The notes below the pieces were generated by a model. It saw only the letters and a list, made by a program, of their open reading frames with translations. It was not told the DNA's origin and ran no database searches. A program made the translations under genes and the position numbers. A stretch of 64,000 bases of DNA from an uncultured Planctomycetota bacterium (GTDB lineage: Bacteria; Planctomycetota; PLA2; JAEUHO01): contig CAVYXV010000004.1 in NCBI GenBank assembly GCA_963772585.1, positions 275,375 through 339,374 on the forward strand. Direction: 5' to 3'. Every line of letters begins with the position of its first letter. Position 1 is the stretch's first letter. This document shows, piece by piece, positions 9,727-17,681 of this stretch.

Positions 9727-11685
9727 GTGCTCCGGGTCGTCGTCGCCGCGCCGCCCTTCGTCGCCGACCCCGACGACCTCGCGCGCCTGCCGGCCGCGGC
9801 CGACATCGTCGAGCTCCGGCTCGACCTCCTGGAGGACGCCGCGCGCCGACCCGACGCCTGGGTCGAGCGCTCGCCACGCCCGGTGATGGCCACCGTGCGC
9901 CGTCGCGTCGAGGGCGGCGCCTTCGTCGGCACGCCCGAGGAGGCCGCGCGCATCCTCGAGCGCGCCGCCGCGGCCGGTGCGGCGTACCTCGACGTCGAGC
10001 AGGGCGTGGGGGACTACCTCGCGGCCCTCCCGGCGGGGGTCCGCCTCGTGGCGTCCCGGCACGGCGACGGGCCCTTCTCGTTCCGTCCTCCGGCGAGGAT
10101 CGCCGGTCGCGCGCCCGCCTTCGCGAAGCACGCGTGGCGCGTGGCCTCCCGCGCGGACCTCGAGGCAATGGAGCGGATCGTGTCGGGCGATGCCGCCGCA
10201 GGCGGCCCGGGCACCGTCGCCGTCCCGTTCGGTCCCCTCGGGGCGTTGAGGGCCGCGCTCTCCCGCGGCCTGCTCTACGGCGGCGCCGACGAGGCGGGCG
10301 TAGGCGTCGTCGAAGGCCAGCCTGCGCTGCGGGTCCTGCTCGACGAGCTGCGCGCCGGCGAGGTCACCCCCGGCGCCCGCCGCTTCGGCCTCCTGGGCCG
10401 CCCGCCCTCGCGATCGCCCTCGCCTGCGATGCACAACGCGGCCTTTCGTCACCACGATCTCGACGCGATCTACGTCCCGCTTCCCGGGCTCGACCCCGCG
10501 AGCGCCCTCGAGCTGGGCTTCGCGGGCTTCAGCGTCACGACGCCCTACAAGGCGGCCGCGCTCGCCGTGGCGTCCGAGGCGGACGCCACGGCCCGCGAGA
10601 CCGGGGCGGCGAACACCCTCGTCCTCGTCCCCGGCGGCTACCGCGCCTCGAACACGGACGTCGATGCCGTCGAGGCCGCGCTCCCGCCCGCCTCCCCCGG
10701 AGCGTCCGGCGCGTACGTCCACGGTGCCGGCGGGTACGCCCGGGCCGCGATCGTGGCCCTTCGCCGCCGCGGGTACGCGGTGCGCGTCGGCGCCCGGCGT
10801 GCCGAGGCCGCACGCGCGCTCGCCGATGCGTTCGGCATCGAGGGCGACGGCGGGATCTGGCGGCGGCGACGCGAGGATGCCGTCCTCGTGAACGCCACGC
10901 CGCTCGGCACCGACGGGACGCGTCCCGCGCCCCTCGCGGAGGGATCCCTGGAGGGTCTGTGGATCCTCGACGCGCCCTACGCCGCGGCGGGGAAGCGCAC
11001 CGGTCTCGAGGCGGCCGGGTCGGCCGAGGGAGCACGCGTCGTGGGCGGTCGCGCGCTCCTCCGTCTCCAGGCAAGGGCGCAGGCGGCCCTGTTCTGCGGA
11101 CGCGCCGTGCCTGACTTCGTGCTCGATCTCGCGCTGCGCTCGCTGCGCCCGCTGTGTCTGCTCGGGCTCCGTGGCGCCGGGAAGACGACGGCGGGGCGCC
11201 TCGTTGCCCGGCTCGCCGGCCGTCCCTTCCTCGACCTCGACGACGAGGTCGAACGCATCACGGGACGCACGCCGGCAACGTGGATCGAGACCGAGGGCGA
11301 AGCGGCGTTCCGGCGCGTCGAGGCGGACGCCCTCTCGCGGGTCGCCGGCCGGCGCGGTCTCGTCGTCGCGTGCGGCGGCGGCGTCCTCGAGCACCCGTCG
11401 TCCCGAACGATCATCGAGACGCAGGCGGATGCGGTGTGGCTCTCCCTACCGCCGGCGACGGCGGCGCGGCGCATGCGGGGGGACGCGCGACGGCGTCCCC
11501 CTCTCGTCGAGGGCGCCGGTGCCGAGGAGGAGGCACGCCTCCTCCTCCGGCGCCGCGAAGACGCCTGGCGGAGCGTGGCGGGGCAGATCGTCGACGCGTC
11601 CCGGGAGGGCGAAGCCGTCGCCCGCGACGTGCTCGAAGCATGGACCGGCATCCGCCTCGACGAATGCGCGAATCGCGCCCCCTGA
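9727..11685 (+). CDS. aroDEK: trifunctional shikimate-pathway fusion: type I 3-dehydroquinate dehydratase (AroD) - shikimate dehydrogenase (AroE) - shikimate kinase (AroK)
   Basis: N-terminal RVVVAAPPF...IVELRLDLLE...LVASRHG (type I DHQase-like). Middle RRFGLLGRPPSRSPSPAMHNAAFRHHDLDAIYVPL...FAGFSVTTPYKAAA...GAANTLV...GYRASNTDVDAV (AroE). C-terminal LCLLGLRGAGKTTAGRLVARLAGRPFLDLDDEVERITGRTPATWIETEGEAAFRRVEADAL...VVACGGGV (AroK P-loop). One 652-aa frame; GTG start 17 nt after panD. Confidence 0.8.
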   Translation: MLRVVVAAPPFVADPDDLARLPAAADIVELRLDLLEDAARRPDAWVERSPRPVMATVRRRVEGGAFVGTPEEAARILERAAAAGAAYLDVEQGVGDYLAALPAGVRLVASRHGDGPFSFRPPARIAGRAPAFAKHAWRVASRADLEAMERIVSGDAAAGGPGTVAVPFGPLGALRAALSRGLLYGGADEAGVGVVEGQPALRVLLDELRAGEVTPGARRFGLLGRPPSRSPSPAMHNAAFRHHDLDAIYVPLPGLDPASALELGFAGFSVTTPYKAAALAVASEADATARETGAANTLVLVPGGYRASNTDVDAVEAALPPASPGASGAYVHGAGGYARAAIVALRRRGYAVRVGARRAEAARALADAFGIEGDGGIWRRRREDAVLVNATPLGTDGTRPAPLAEGSLEGLWILDAPYAAAGKRTGLEAAGSAEGARVVGGRALLRLQARAQAALFCGRAVPDFVLDLALRSLRPLCLLGLRGAGKTTAGRLVARLAGRPFLDLDDEVERITGRTPATWIETEGEAAFRRVEADALSRVAGRRGLVVACGGGVLEHPSSRTIIETQADAVWLSLPPATAARRMRGDARRRPPLVEGAGAEEEARLLLRRREDAWRSVAGQIVDASREGEAVARDVLEAWTGIRLDECANRAP

Positions 11686-11701
11686 GGCGTTTCTCCGCGT
11701 C

Positions 11702-11729
11702 TTGACGGTTCGGTGGGGCGGCGTAGACT
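11702..11729 (+). promoter_or_regulatory. candidate sigma70-type promoter for the downstream HEAT-repeat gene
   Basis: TTGACG (11702-11707), a 16-nt spacer, then TAGACT (11724-11729), in the 156-bp gap after aroDEK and about 110 nt upstream of the 11842 start. Confidence 0.3.
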
Positions 11730-11841
11730 TCGCGTGGACCGCACTCCGGATGCGGGTTCGGCGGCGAGTCGATCCGGCAACTCCCTCCCTTGAGCCCCGG
11801 GCTCGTTCCGGATTCGGCCACCAGCCCCCGAGCCGATAGCC

Positions 11842-14472
11842 ATGACCGTGCATGTTCCTCTTCTTTCGCCGCTCCCGCCGAGGCGGCGAACTGCGACTGG
11901 GGTGCTCGCGTTCCTCGGCGTGCTCCTGGCGTGCCTGACCCTCGTCGCCACCGCGGTCGCCGGGGACCCCAAGGAGGACCCGGCCGACCCGCCCGGGCGG
12001 GAGCAACCTGCGCCGGAGACGCCGAACCCCGACCCGCCCCCGCCCCCTCCCCCGAAGGTGCCGGGAGGCCCCGTCGTCCCGCCGCCGGGACCGGGGCAGC
12101 CGGTCGAACCCGGCGCCGTCGAGCCGCCGCCGCCGCCGGAGGAGGACCTCTTCGCGGACCTGCTGGCGGGCAAGACGGACGGCGAGTGGCGCGGCGTGCT
12201 CAATCGCATCCGCAAGGAGAAGGACGCCACCTGGATCGGGAGGGAGCTCGGGCAGCTCTTCCGCGACCGCGCGCGCTTCGCCGATCGCGCCGACCTCGTG
12301 GCGTTCGCGGCGGCGTACCTGGCCGACAACCACAACGACGGGAAGGTGCTGCTCGCCGGCGACATCCTCCGTCGTGCGTACGGCGACGACGCGTTCCTGG
12401 AAGCGCTGCGGCGCCACATCACGGCGGGCGAAGGCGGCTGGGCCCGGCTTCTCGACGCGGCGCGCGCGATGCTCGCGTCCGAAGATCCCGAGAGCCGTGC
12501 CGTGGGCGCGTGGTTCCTCTGCCGCGAGGACGGGGAGCAGCGGGAGCGGGTCCGTCGCGACCTCCTCCAGCAGGCGCGCGCCGACCTGCCGTGGCTCGAA
12601 CAGGGCGGCGAGGCGGCCCGCGGTCTCGCCCGCGCCTACCTGGACGCCTTCGCGACGCTCCTCCAGTACCGCTTCCCGACGGTCGAGGAGGCCGTGGCCA
12701 CGCTGGAGAAGCTCGACGACCTCGACCTCGCCGCGCTCATCCGCGAGTTGTCCCGCCTGAAGGACGCTCCCACGTCGCCCCTCGCGAAGAAGACGCTGGA
12801 GTACGGCAAGCGCCTCGTCGATGCGGCCGTGGCCGCGGGCAAGGTCGAGGATCTCGAGGAGTTCCTGGACCCGGCACGGACGCCCATGGCCGCGGTTCGG
12901 CGCTACGCCATGCTGAAGGCCCCCTCGCTCGCGCCGTCCAACAACGCGGCGTGGGCCCGCATCCTGGAGAGGATCTTCCGGCGGGAGGACGACGCCGAGG
13001 TCCTGGGAGGGGCCCTGAACCTGCTCTCGCAGGTTCGTTTCGCCGAGCAGCCCGACCACGCCCTCGCGCTCTCCTCGGCGATCGCGCGCCGCCTGCTCGC
13101 CCACGGCGCGGTCGGCGGAGCCGCGCGCGATCGGACGGAGGACCGCGTGCGCATGGCGCAGGCCATCGCCTCACTCCGGGCGAGGACCGAGGAGTTCCGG
13201 ACCCTGCTCGACCACTCGGCCGAGCTCGAGACGCCGGTCCTGGCCGAGCTCGTCCGCGCGCTCGGGCGCATCGACGGGGCGAGCACGATGGAGATCCTCG
13301 GGTACTTCCGACAGGGAGACGACGGCAGCGACCGCGGCCGCGAGATCCGGATCGCCGCGGTGGACGCACTGGGCCGTCCCGGCCTGGGGGCGGCAGGGCA
13401 GGACGGCGACCGCGCCGGCGCCGCCCTGCGCGAGATGCTCGGCGGCGAAGGCGACCTGGGCATCGGCCGCGTGGACGATCCTCGCGTGCGGCTCAACGCC
13501 CTGCGGAGCCTGGGGAACCATCCGGGCGAGGCCACGGCCGACCTGCTGCGCCGGCTCGCGCTCGGAAGCGACGAGGCCGAGGCGAAGGTCGCCATCGTCG
13601 TGCTGCGCAAGATCGCCGTGTCGGGCGCCAACGCCGTGGGGGCGCTGGCGGAGATCGTGATCGACGAGACCGCCGCCACGCCGCGGCGGATCGAGGCCCT
13701 GCAGGCGCTTGCGGGGATGAAGGGGGCCGCGCAGGAAGACGCCGTCGTGCGGGCCCGCGGGACGGCGCGTCGCGTGCTCGAGTCGAAAGCCGATGTCGAG
13801 GTACGCAAGGAGGCCGCGCGGACCGCGGCGGCGCTCGCCGACCCCACGGCGCTCGACGCCGTCGCCGGCTTCTGGCTGGAGGCCCCCGCCGACGAGGACC
13901 GCCGCATCGCCTTCCGCGACTTGATCGACGCGGTCGCCTCCACCGGAGAGGGGCAGGACGTGGCGATCGCCCGCACGCTCGACGGGCTCCGCGGAAAGGC
14001 CCCGAAGGCGGGACTCGAGGCCCTCACGCGCTCGCTCCTCGAACGCCATCCCCGAAATCCCTTCCGGCGCGTCATGTGCCTGATCCTGCTCGACCGCGCG
14101 CAGGAGGAGGGCACTCCCCCCGACGCCGCCAGGGCCGCGCTGGAGGAGGCCGACCTGCTTCTCCAGGCCATCCTGGGCCCGGAGCCGCAGGACGACGAGT
14201 ACGGCGCCCTCGGCCTGCGCGTCCGGGTGAAGGCCCTGCTCGGGGATCTGGCGAAGGACGCCGCGGCGAAGAAGACGCACTGGCTGGAGGCGGTCCGCCT
14301 CGCGGCCCGGAGCACCGACCCCGAGGTCGCGACCGAGGGACGCGCCGTCGCGGAGCACTTCGACGATCCGAAGCTCTCCAAGGCGTTGACGCCCGACGAG
14401 CGGCGTCGACTGGGGGAGGATCGCGCGGCGCTCGAGAAGGTGCTCGTGGGGCGAACGCCGCCGGACCGGTAA
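11842..14472 (+). CDS. membrane-anchored or secreted HEAT-repeat protein with a proline-rich linker (hypothetical)
   Basis: ATG at 11842 (MTVHVPLLSPLP...). Hydrophobic segment VLAFLGVLLACLTLVATAVAG, then a PPPPPPPKVPGGPVVPPPGPG linker, then about 750 aa of regular ARM/HEAT-like helical repeats. The opposite-strand ORFs here are Ser/Arg/Ala junk. Confidence 0.55.
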   Translation: MTVHVPLLSPLPPRRRTATGVLAFLGVLLACLTLVATAVAGDPKEDPADPPGREQPAPETPNPDPPPPPPPKVPGGPVVPPPGPGQPVEPGAVEPPPPPEEDLFADLLAGKTDGEWRGVLNRIRKEKDATWIGRELGQLFRDRARFADRADLVAFAAAYLADNHNDGKVLLAGDILRRAYGDDAFLEALRRHITAGEGGWARLLDAARAMLASEDPESRAVGAWFLCREDGEQRERVRRDLLQQARADLPWLEQGGEAARGLARAYLDAFATLLQYRFPTVEEAVATLEKLDDLDLAALIRELSRLKDAPTSPLAKKTLEYGKRLVDAAVAAGKVEDLEEFLDPARTPMAAVRRYAMLKAPSLAPSNNAAWARILERIFRREDDAEVLGGALNLLSQVRFAEQPDHALALSSAIARRLLAHGAVGGAARDRTEDRVRMAQAIASLRARTEEFRTLLDHSAELETPVLAELVRALGRIDGASTMEILGYFRQGDDGSDRGREIRIAAVDALGRPGLGAAGQDGDRAGAALREMLGGEGDLGIGRVDDPRVRLNALRSLGNHPGEATADLLRRLALGSDEAEAKVAIVVLRKIAVSGANAVGALAEIVIDETAATPRRIEALQALAGMKGAAQEDAVVRARGTARRVLESKADVEVRKEAARTAAALADPTALDAVAGFWLEAPADEDRRIAFRDLIDAVASTGEGQDVAIARTLDGLRGKAPKAGLEALTRSLLERHPRNPFRRVMCLILLDRAQEEGTPPDAARAALEEADLLLQAILGPEPQDDEYGALGLRVRVKALLGDLAKDAAAKKTHWLEAVRLAARSTDPEVATEGRAVAEHFDDPKLSKALTPDERRRLGEDRAALEKVLVGRTPPDR

Positions 14473-14498
14473 CCCCGCGAACCCGCCGCGCCGCTGGT

Positions 14499-15116
14499 TC
14501 AGCGTCCGCCGTCGTCGCCGGACGGCGGCGGGCAGGGGTAGCGGCCGATCCCCCGCAGGTACTTCGACACGTCGTGCATGCGCGCCCGGTAGCGGTACGG
14601 CGCCTCGAAGGGCACGGGACCCGCGGCCTTGGCGGCGGCCAGTACTTCGGCCGCGGGTTCCTTCAATCCGTTGTCGCCGAAGTGGCTGACCGTCTCGACG
14701 GCGAGGCCCGCGGCGACGACGAGCACCGAGTAGTTCCGCCCGTCGAGGTACAGGTAGCCGAGCGTGCGTCCGTACGGGTCCTTCTGGCCGGAGCGCAGGA
14801 GCTCGACCTTGTCGGTGACGGCGAGGCACCCTCGGAGGAACGCCGTGGCGGCGTCGCCGAACGGCTGGGCGTACGGAAGGTCGTGCTCGGGATGGAAGAT
14901 CTCCGGCGTGTCGATGCCCAGGACCCGGACGGTCTCGTGGCCCGCGGGCCAGCGCAGCAGGACGGAGTCGCCGTCGTCCACCGTCACGAGATCCAGCGGC
15001 ACCCGGACCCGCTCCCGGCCGTCGTCGGCCCGCGGCCGGCGGGCCGGCGGGCCGGCCAGGAGGAGCGCGAGGGCGAGGAGGAACAGCGGGGGGCGGAGGA
15101 TGAGGCGCTGGCGCAT
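14499..15116 (-). CDS. secreted thermonuclease (SNase-like)
   Basis: MRQRLILRPPLFLLALALLLAGPPARR signal peptide, then ...LLRWPAGHETVRVLGIDTPEIFHPE...GRTLGYLYLDGRNYSVLVVAAGLA..., the staphylococcal-nuclease fold signature. This is the C-terminal part of long ORF 14499-16355(-). Confidence 0.7.
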   Translation of the reverse strand: MRQRLILRPPLFLLALALLLAGPPARRPRADDGRERVRVPLDLVTVDDGDSVLLRWPAGHETVRVLGIDTPEIFHPEHDLPYAQPFGDAATAFLRGCLAVTDKVELLRSGQKDPYGRTLGYLYLDGRNYSVLVVAAGLAVETVSHFGDNGLKEPAAEVLAAAKAAGPVPFEAPYRYRARMHDVSKYLRGIGRYPCPPPSGDDGGR

Positions 15117-15263
15117 CGCGGTCTCCGGGGGGTCGTGGCCGTGCCAGTATCCCCACGGTCCGGACGGCGATTCGCCGTCGCCCCCTGCTGGCGGTCGCCT
15201 CCGTCCTCGCGTAGCCTCCGCCCGCGCACGGTCCCGAGTCCCGGGCGGACGCGTGGAGGCCCC

Positions 15264-15536
15264 ATGGCGGCGCCGAAGATCTACGAGGTCGACCTTCCCG
15301 AGGGCGTGACGCCCGCCGAAGGCCTCGATCAGGCCCGCGCGAAGGCGCGCGGTGCCGGGATCCGCATCGAGGGCGACGAGTCGGGAGGGACCTTTGGCGG
15401 GACCGCCGAGGGGCGCTACACCGTCTCCGAACGGCGCCTCCGGCTCGAAGTGCGGAAGAAGCCGGCGTTCGTCCCGTGGAGCCTCGTGGAGAAGGGGCTC
15501 CGGCAGGTCTTCGGGGACGTCCGTACGGTCGCGTAG
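15264..15536 (+). CDS. hypothetical 90-aa protein
   Basis: ATG preceded by GTGGAGG (Shine-Dalgarno, 4-nt spacer): MAAPKIYEVDLPEGVTPAEGLDQARAKARGAGIRIEGDESGGTFGGTAEGRYTVSERRLRLEVRKKPAFVPWSLVEKGLRQVF. Sits directly upstream of the M64 peptidase gene. No family recognised. Confidence 0.4.
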   Translation: MAAPKIYEVDLPEGVTPAEGLDQARAKARGAGIRIEGDESGGTFGGTAEGRYTVSERRLRLEVRKKPAFVPWSLVEKGLRQVFGDVRTVA

Positions 15537-15563
15537 AGCCGGCCGCGGGTAGAATGGGGGGCG

Positions 15564-17183
15564 ATGCGCTTCTCGCGCTTCCCCGCGCTGCTTCTGCTGG
15601 CCGCCCTGCTGCCCGTGGGGGGCCTTCCGCTCGGTCGGGCGGGGGAATCGGCGGACGACGGCCACGTCGCGCCGTTCGCGCGGGCCCCGGACGCGGCGAC
15701 CCACCCCGGGCCCGACGCGGACCTCTTCGCGGAGGGCGTCGCGCTGCAGGCGAAGGGGCGCTACGTGGGCGCGCGCCGCGTCTTCTGGCGGTTGCTGGAC
15801 GAGTACCCCGACTCGCCATTCGCTCCCGAGGCGCGCGACCGCTCCGACGAGAACGCCTTCCTCGGCTACAGCCCGATGCGGGCGCCGGAGCCCTCCGCCC
15901 ATCGCATCGACGTGGCCCTGATGGGGGACGGGTACCGCATCCAGGATCAGCGTTCCTTCGACAAGGCCGCCGTCGGCCACCTCGAGGTCCTGTTGCGCGA
16001 ACCCGCGCTGAAGGAGTACCAGGACTACTTCCTGTTCTGGCGCTTCAACCTCGCCAGCAAGGAGAGGGGCGTCGACGACGTCGACCGTTCGCCGCCCGAC
16101 GAGGAACTCGATGCGCGCAAGAGGCGGCGCCACGGGCCCAAGGTGAGGGAGTACTCCACGGCGCTCGACTGCAAGGCGGCCGGTCCCCAGGGCCAGGTGA
16201 TGGCCGATCCGGAACGGGTCTGGCACTACCTCTCCTACCTCGCCGAGAACGACGGCCAGGCCGTGGTGTTCGCCAAGAGGGGCGCGCTCGGCATGGGCGG
16301 AATGGGAATCGCCACGACCGGCCCGAGGGGCGTCGTCGTGCACGAGTTCGGCCACGCCTTCACCGGGTTGCTCGACGAGTACGCCATCTACGACGAGGAA
16401 CCCTCAGGCAACGTGGAGTCGGTGAACACGACCACCCACCCGGACCACCCGCCCTGGCAGCACTTCCTGGACGCCAAGGTGCCCGGCGTCGGCGTCTACG
16501 AGGGCGGCGCCACGTACGTGAAGGGCGTCTGGCGGCCCGCCCAGGGCTGCGCCATGAACACGGGGGGCAACGTCTACTGCCCCGTCTGCCGGGAAGCGAC
16601 GATCCTCGCCATCTACAGCTACGTGAGCCCGATCGACGAGGTCCGTCCCCCCGAGCGGGAGATCCAGGCGGCGCCGGACGACCTCCCGGAGTTGGCCGTC
16701 GTCCCGATGCAGCCGCAGACGCACGATCTCGACGTCGCCTTCTACCTGGACGACCATCCGCCCGAGACGACCCCCACGGAGGGGGAGGAGACCGCCGAGG
16801 ACCGCTTCGGCGAGGACATGCTCTCTCCCGCCGACCGCGAGATCTGGGAGAAGATCAAGAAACGCCGGGAGGCCGAGGGAAAGCTCACGCCGTTGCCGTC
16901 CTTCCTGCCCGAGGGGGCGGGAGGCGCGCGGCGACACGAGGGCACCGGCCGATGGGCGAAGCCGCGGGGCGAGGAGATCCGGGCCAGGCGCCGGAAACAG
17001 GAGGGCCACAGGGTCTGGACGGCGGCGCTCCCCTCGACCCTTCCGCCGGGGCGTTACCGGGTCACGGCCGTCGTCCGGGACGACACGTTGGTCCGTGGCG
17101 AACGGTTCCCCTGGGTGCTGCGGGATCCGCAGGGACTCCTGGAGGACCGGTGGGTCTGGACGATCGTCGTGTCGGGCCCCTGA
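15564..17183 (+). CDS. secreted zinc metallopeptidase, M64 (IgA-peptidase-like) family
   Basis: Signal peptide MRFSRFPALLLLAALLPVGG, then HEFGHAFTGLLDEY (HExxH plus a downstream Glu/Asp) in the context VVVHEFGHAFTGLLDEYAIYDEEP typical of peptidase M64. Confidence 0.7.
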   Translation: MRFSRFPALLLLAALLPVGGLPLGRAGESADDGHVAPFARAPDAATHPGPDADLFAEGVALQAKGRYVGARRVFWRLLDEYPDSPFAPEARDRSDENAFLGYSPMRAPEPSAHRIDVALMGDGYRIQDQRSFDKAAVGHLEVLLREPALKEYQDYFLFWRFNLASKERGVDDVDRSPPDEELDARKRRRHGPKVREYSTALDCKAAGPQGQVMADPERVWHYLSYLAENDGQAVVFAKRGALGMGGMGIATTGPRGVVVHEFGHAFTGLLDEYAIYDEEPSGNVESVNTTTHPDHPPWQHFLDAKVPGVGVYEGGATYVKGVWRPAQGCAMNTGGNVYCPVCREATILAIYSYVSPIDEVRPPEREIQAAPDDLPELAVVPMQPQTHDLDVAFYLDDHPPETTPTEGEETAEDRFGEDMLSPADREIWEKIKKRREAEGKLTPLPSFLPEGAGGARRHEGTGRWAKPRGEEIRARRRKQEGHRVWTAALPSTLPPGRYRVTAVVRDDTLVRGERFPWVLRDPQGLLEDRWVWTIVVSGP

Positions 17184-17222
17184 ACCTCGAAGGAACCCCT
17201 GACCACGAACAGGAGAAGAGCC

Positions 17223-17456
17223 ATGACCGAGGAGTCGCAGGAACAAGGCGGTCGCGTTTGCCTGAAGACCTTGCGGTGTCGTCGCACGGGGCAGATGTAC
17301 CGCGTCGAGCAGCACGTCGAGTGCCCCTATTGCTCGGGCGACGAGGAGACCGTCCGCCGAGGCGGCAGCTACAAGAACTTCTGCGAGTTCCGCCCCGGGG
17401 AGGATCCGGTGGACTTCGGGTTTCCGCCCGACACCGACCGCTTGCGCCACGGGTAG
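17223..17456 (+). CDS. small zinc-ribbon protein (hypothetical)
   Basis: 77 aa with CLKTLRC ... CPYC (four Cys in a 2+2 arrangement), preceded by GGAGAAG about 5 nt upstream of the ATG. In the 40-bp gap after the M64 gene. Confidence 0.4.
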   Translation: MTEESQEQGGRVCLKTLRCRRTGQMYRVEQHVECPYCSGDEETVRRGGSYKNFCEFRPGEDPVDFGFPPDTDRLRHG

Positions 17457-17474
17457 ACCGACGACGGAGGCCTC

Positions 17475-17681
17475 ATGAAGCGACTGATCCTGACGATCCT
17501 CGCCTGCCTGCTCGTCGGGCTGGCGTCCGCCGACGGCTTTGCGCGTGGAGGCCGAGGCTCCTTCGGGGGGGGACGGGCCCGGCGTACCAAGAGCAAGAAG
17601 AACGAAGCCCGCGTGCGGGAGCGCAAGGAGGCCCAGCTTCGAGACAGCCTGCGCGTCGAAGCGGCTCGCGACCGTACCTGA
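17475..17681 (+). CDS. small secreted basic protein (hypothetical)
   Basis: 68 aa: signal peptide MKRLILTILACLLVGLASADG, then an Arg/Lys-rich tail. GGAGG Shine-Dalgarno 4-5 nt upstream. Its stop TGA overlaps the ATG of the next gene (TGATG). Confidence 0.35.
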   Translation: MKRLILTILACLLVGLASADGFARGGRGSFGGGRARRTKSKKNEARVRERKEAQLRDSLRVEAARDRT

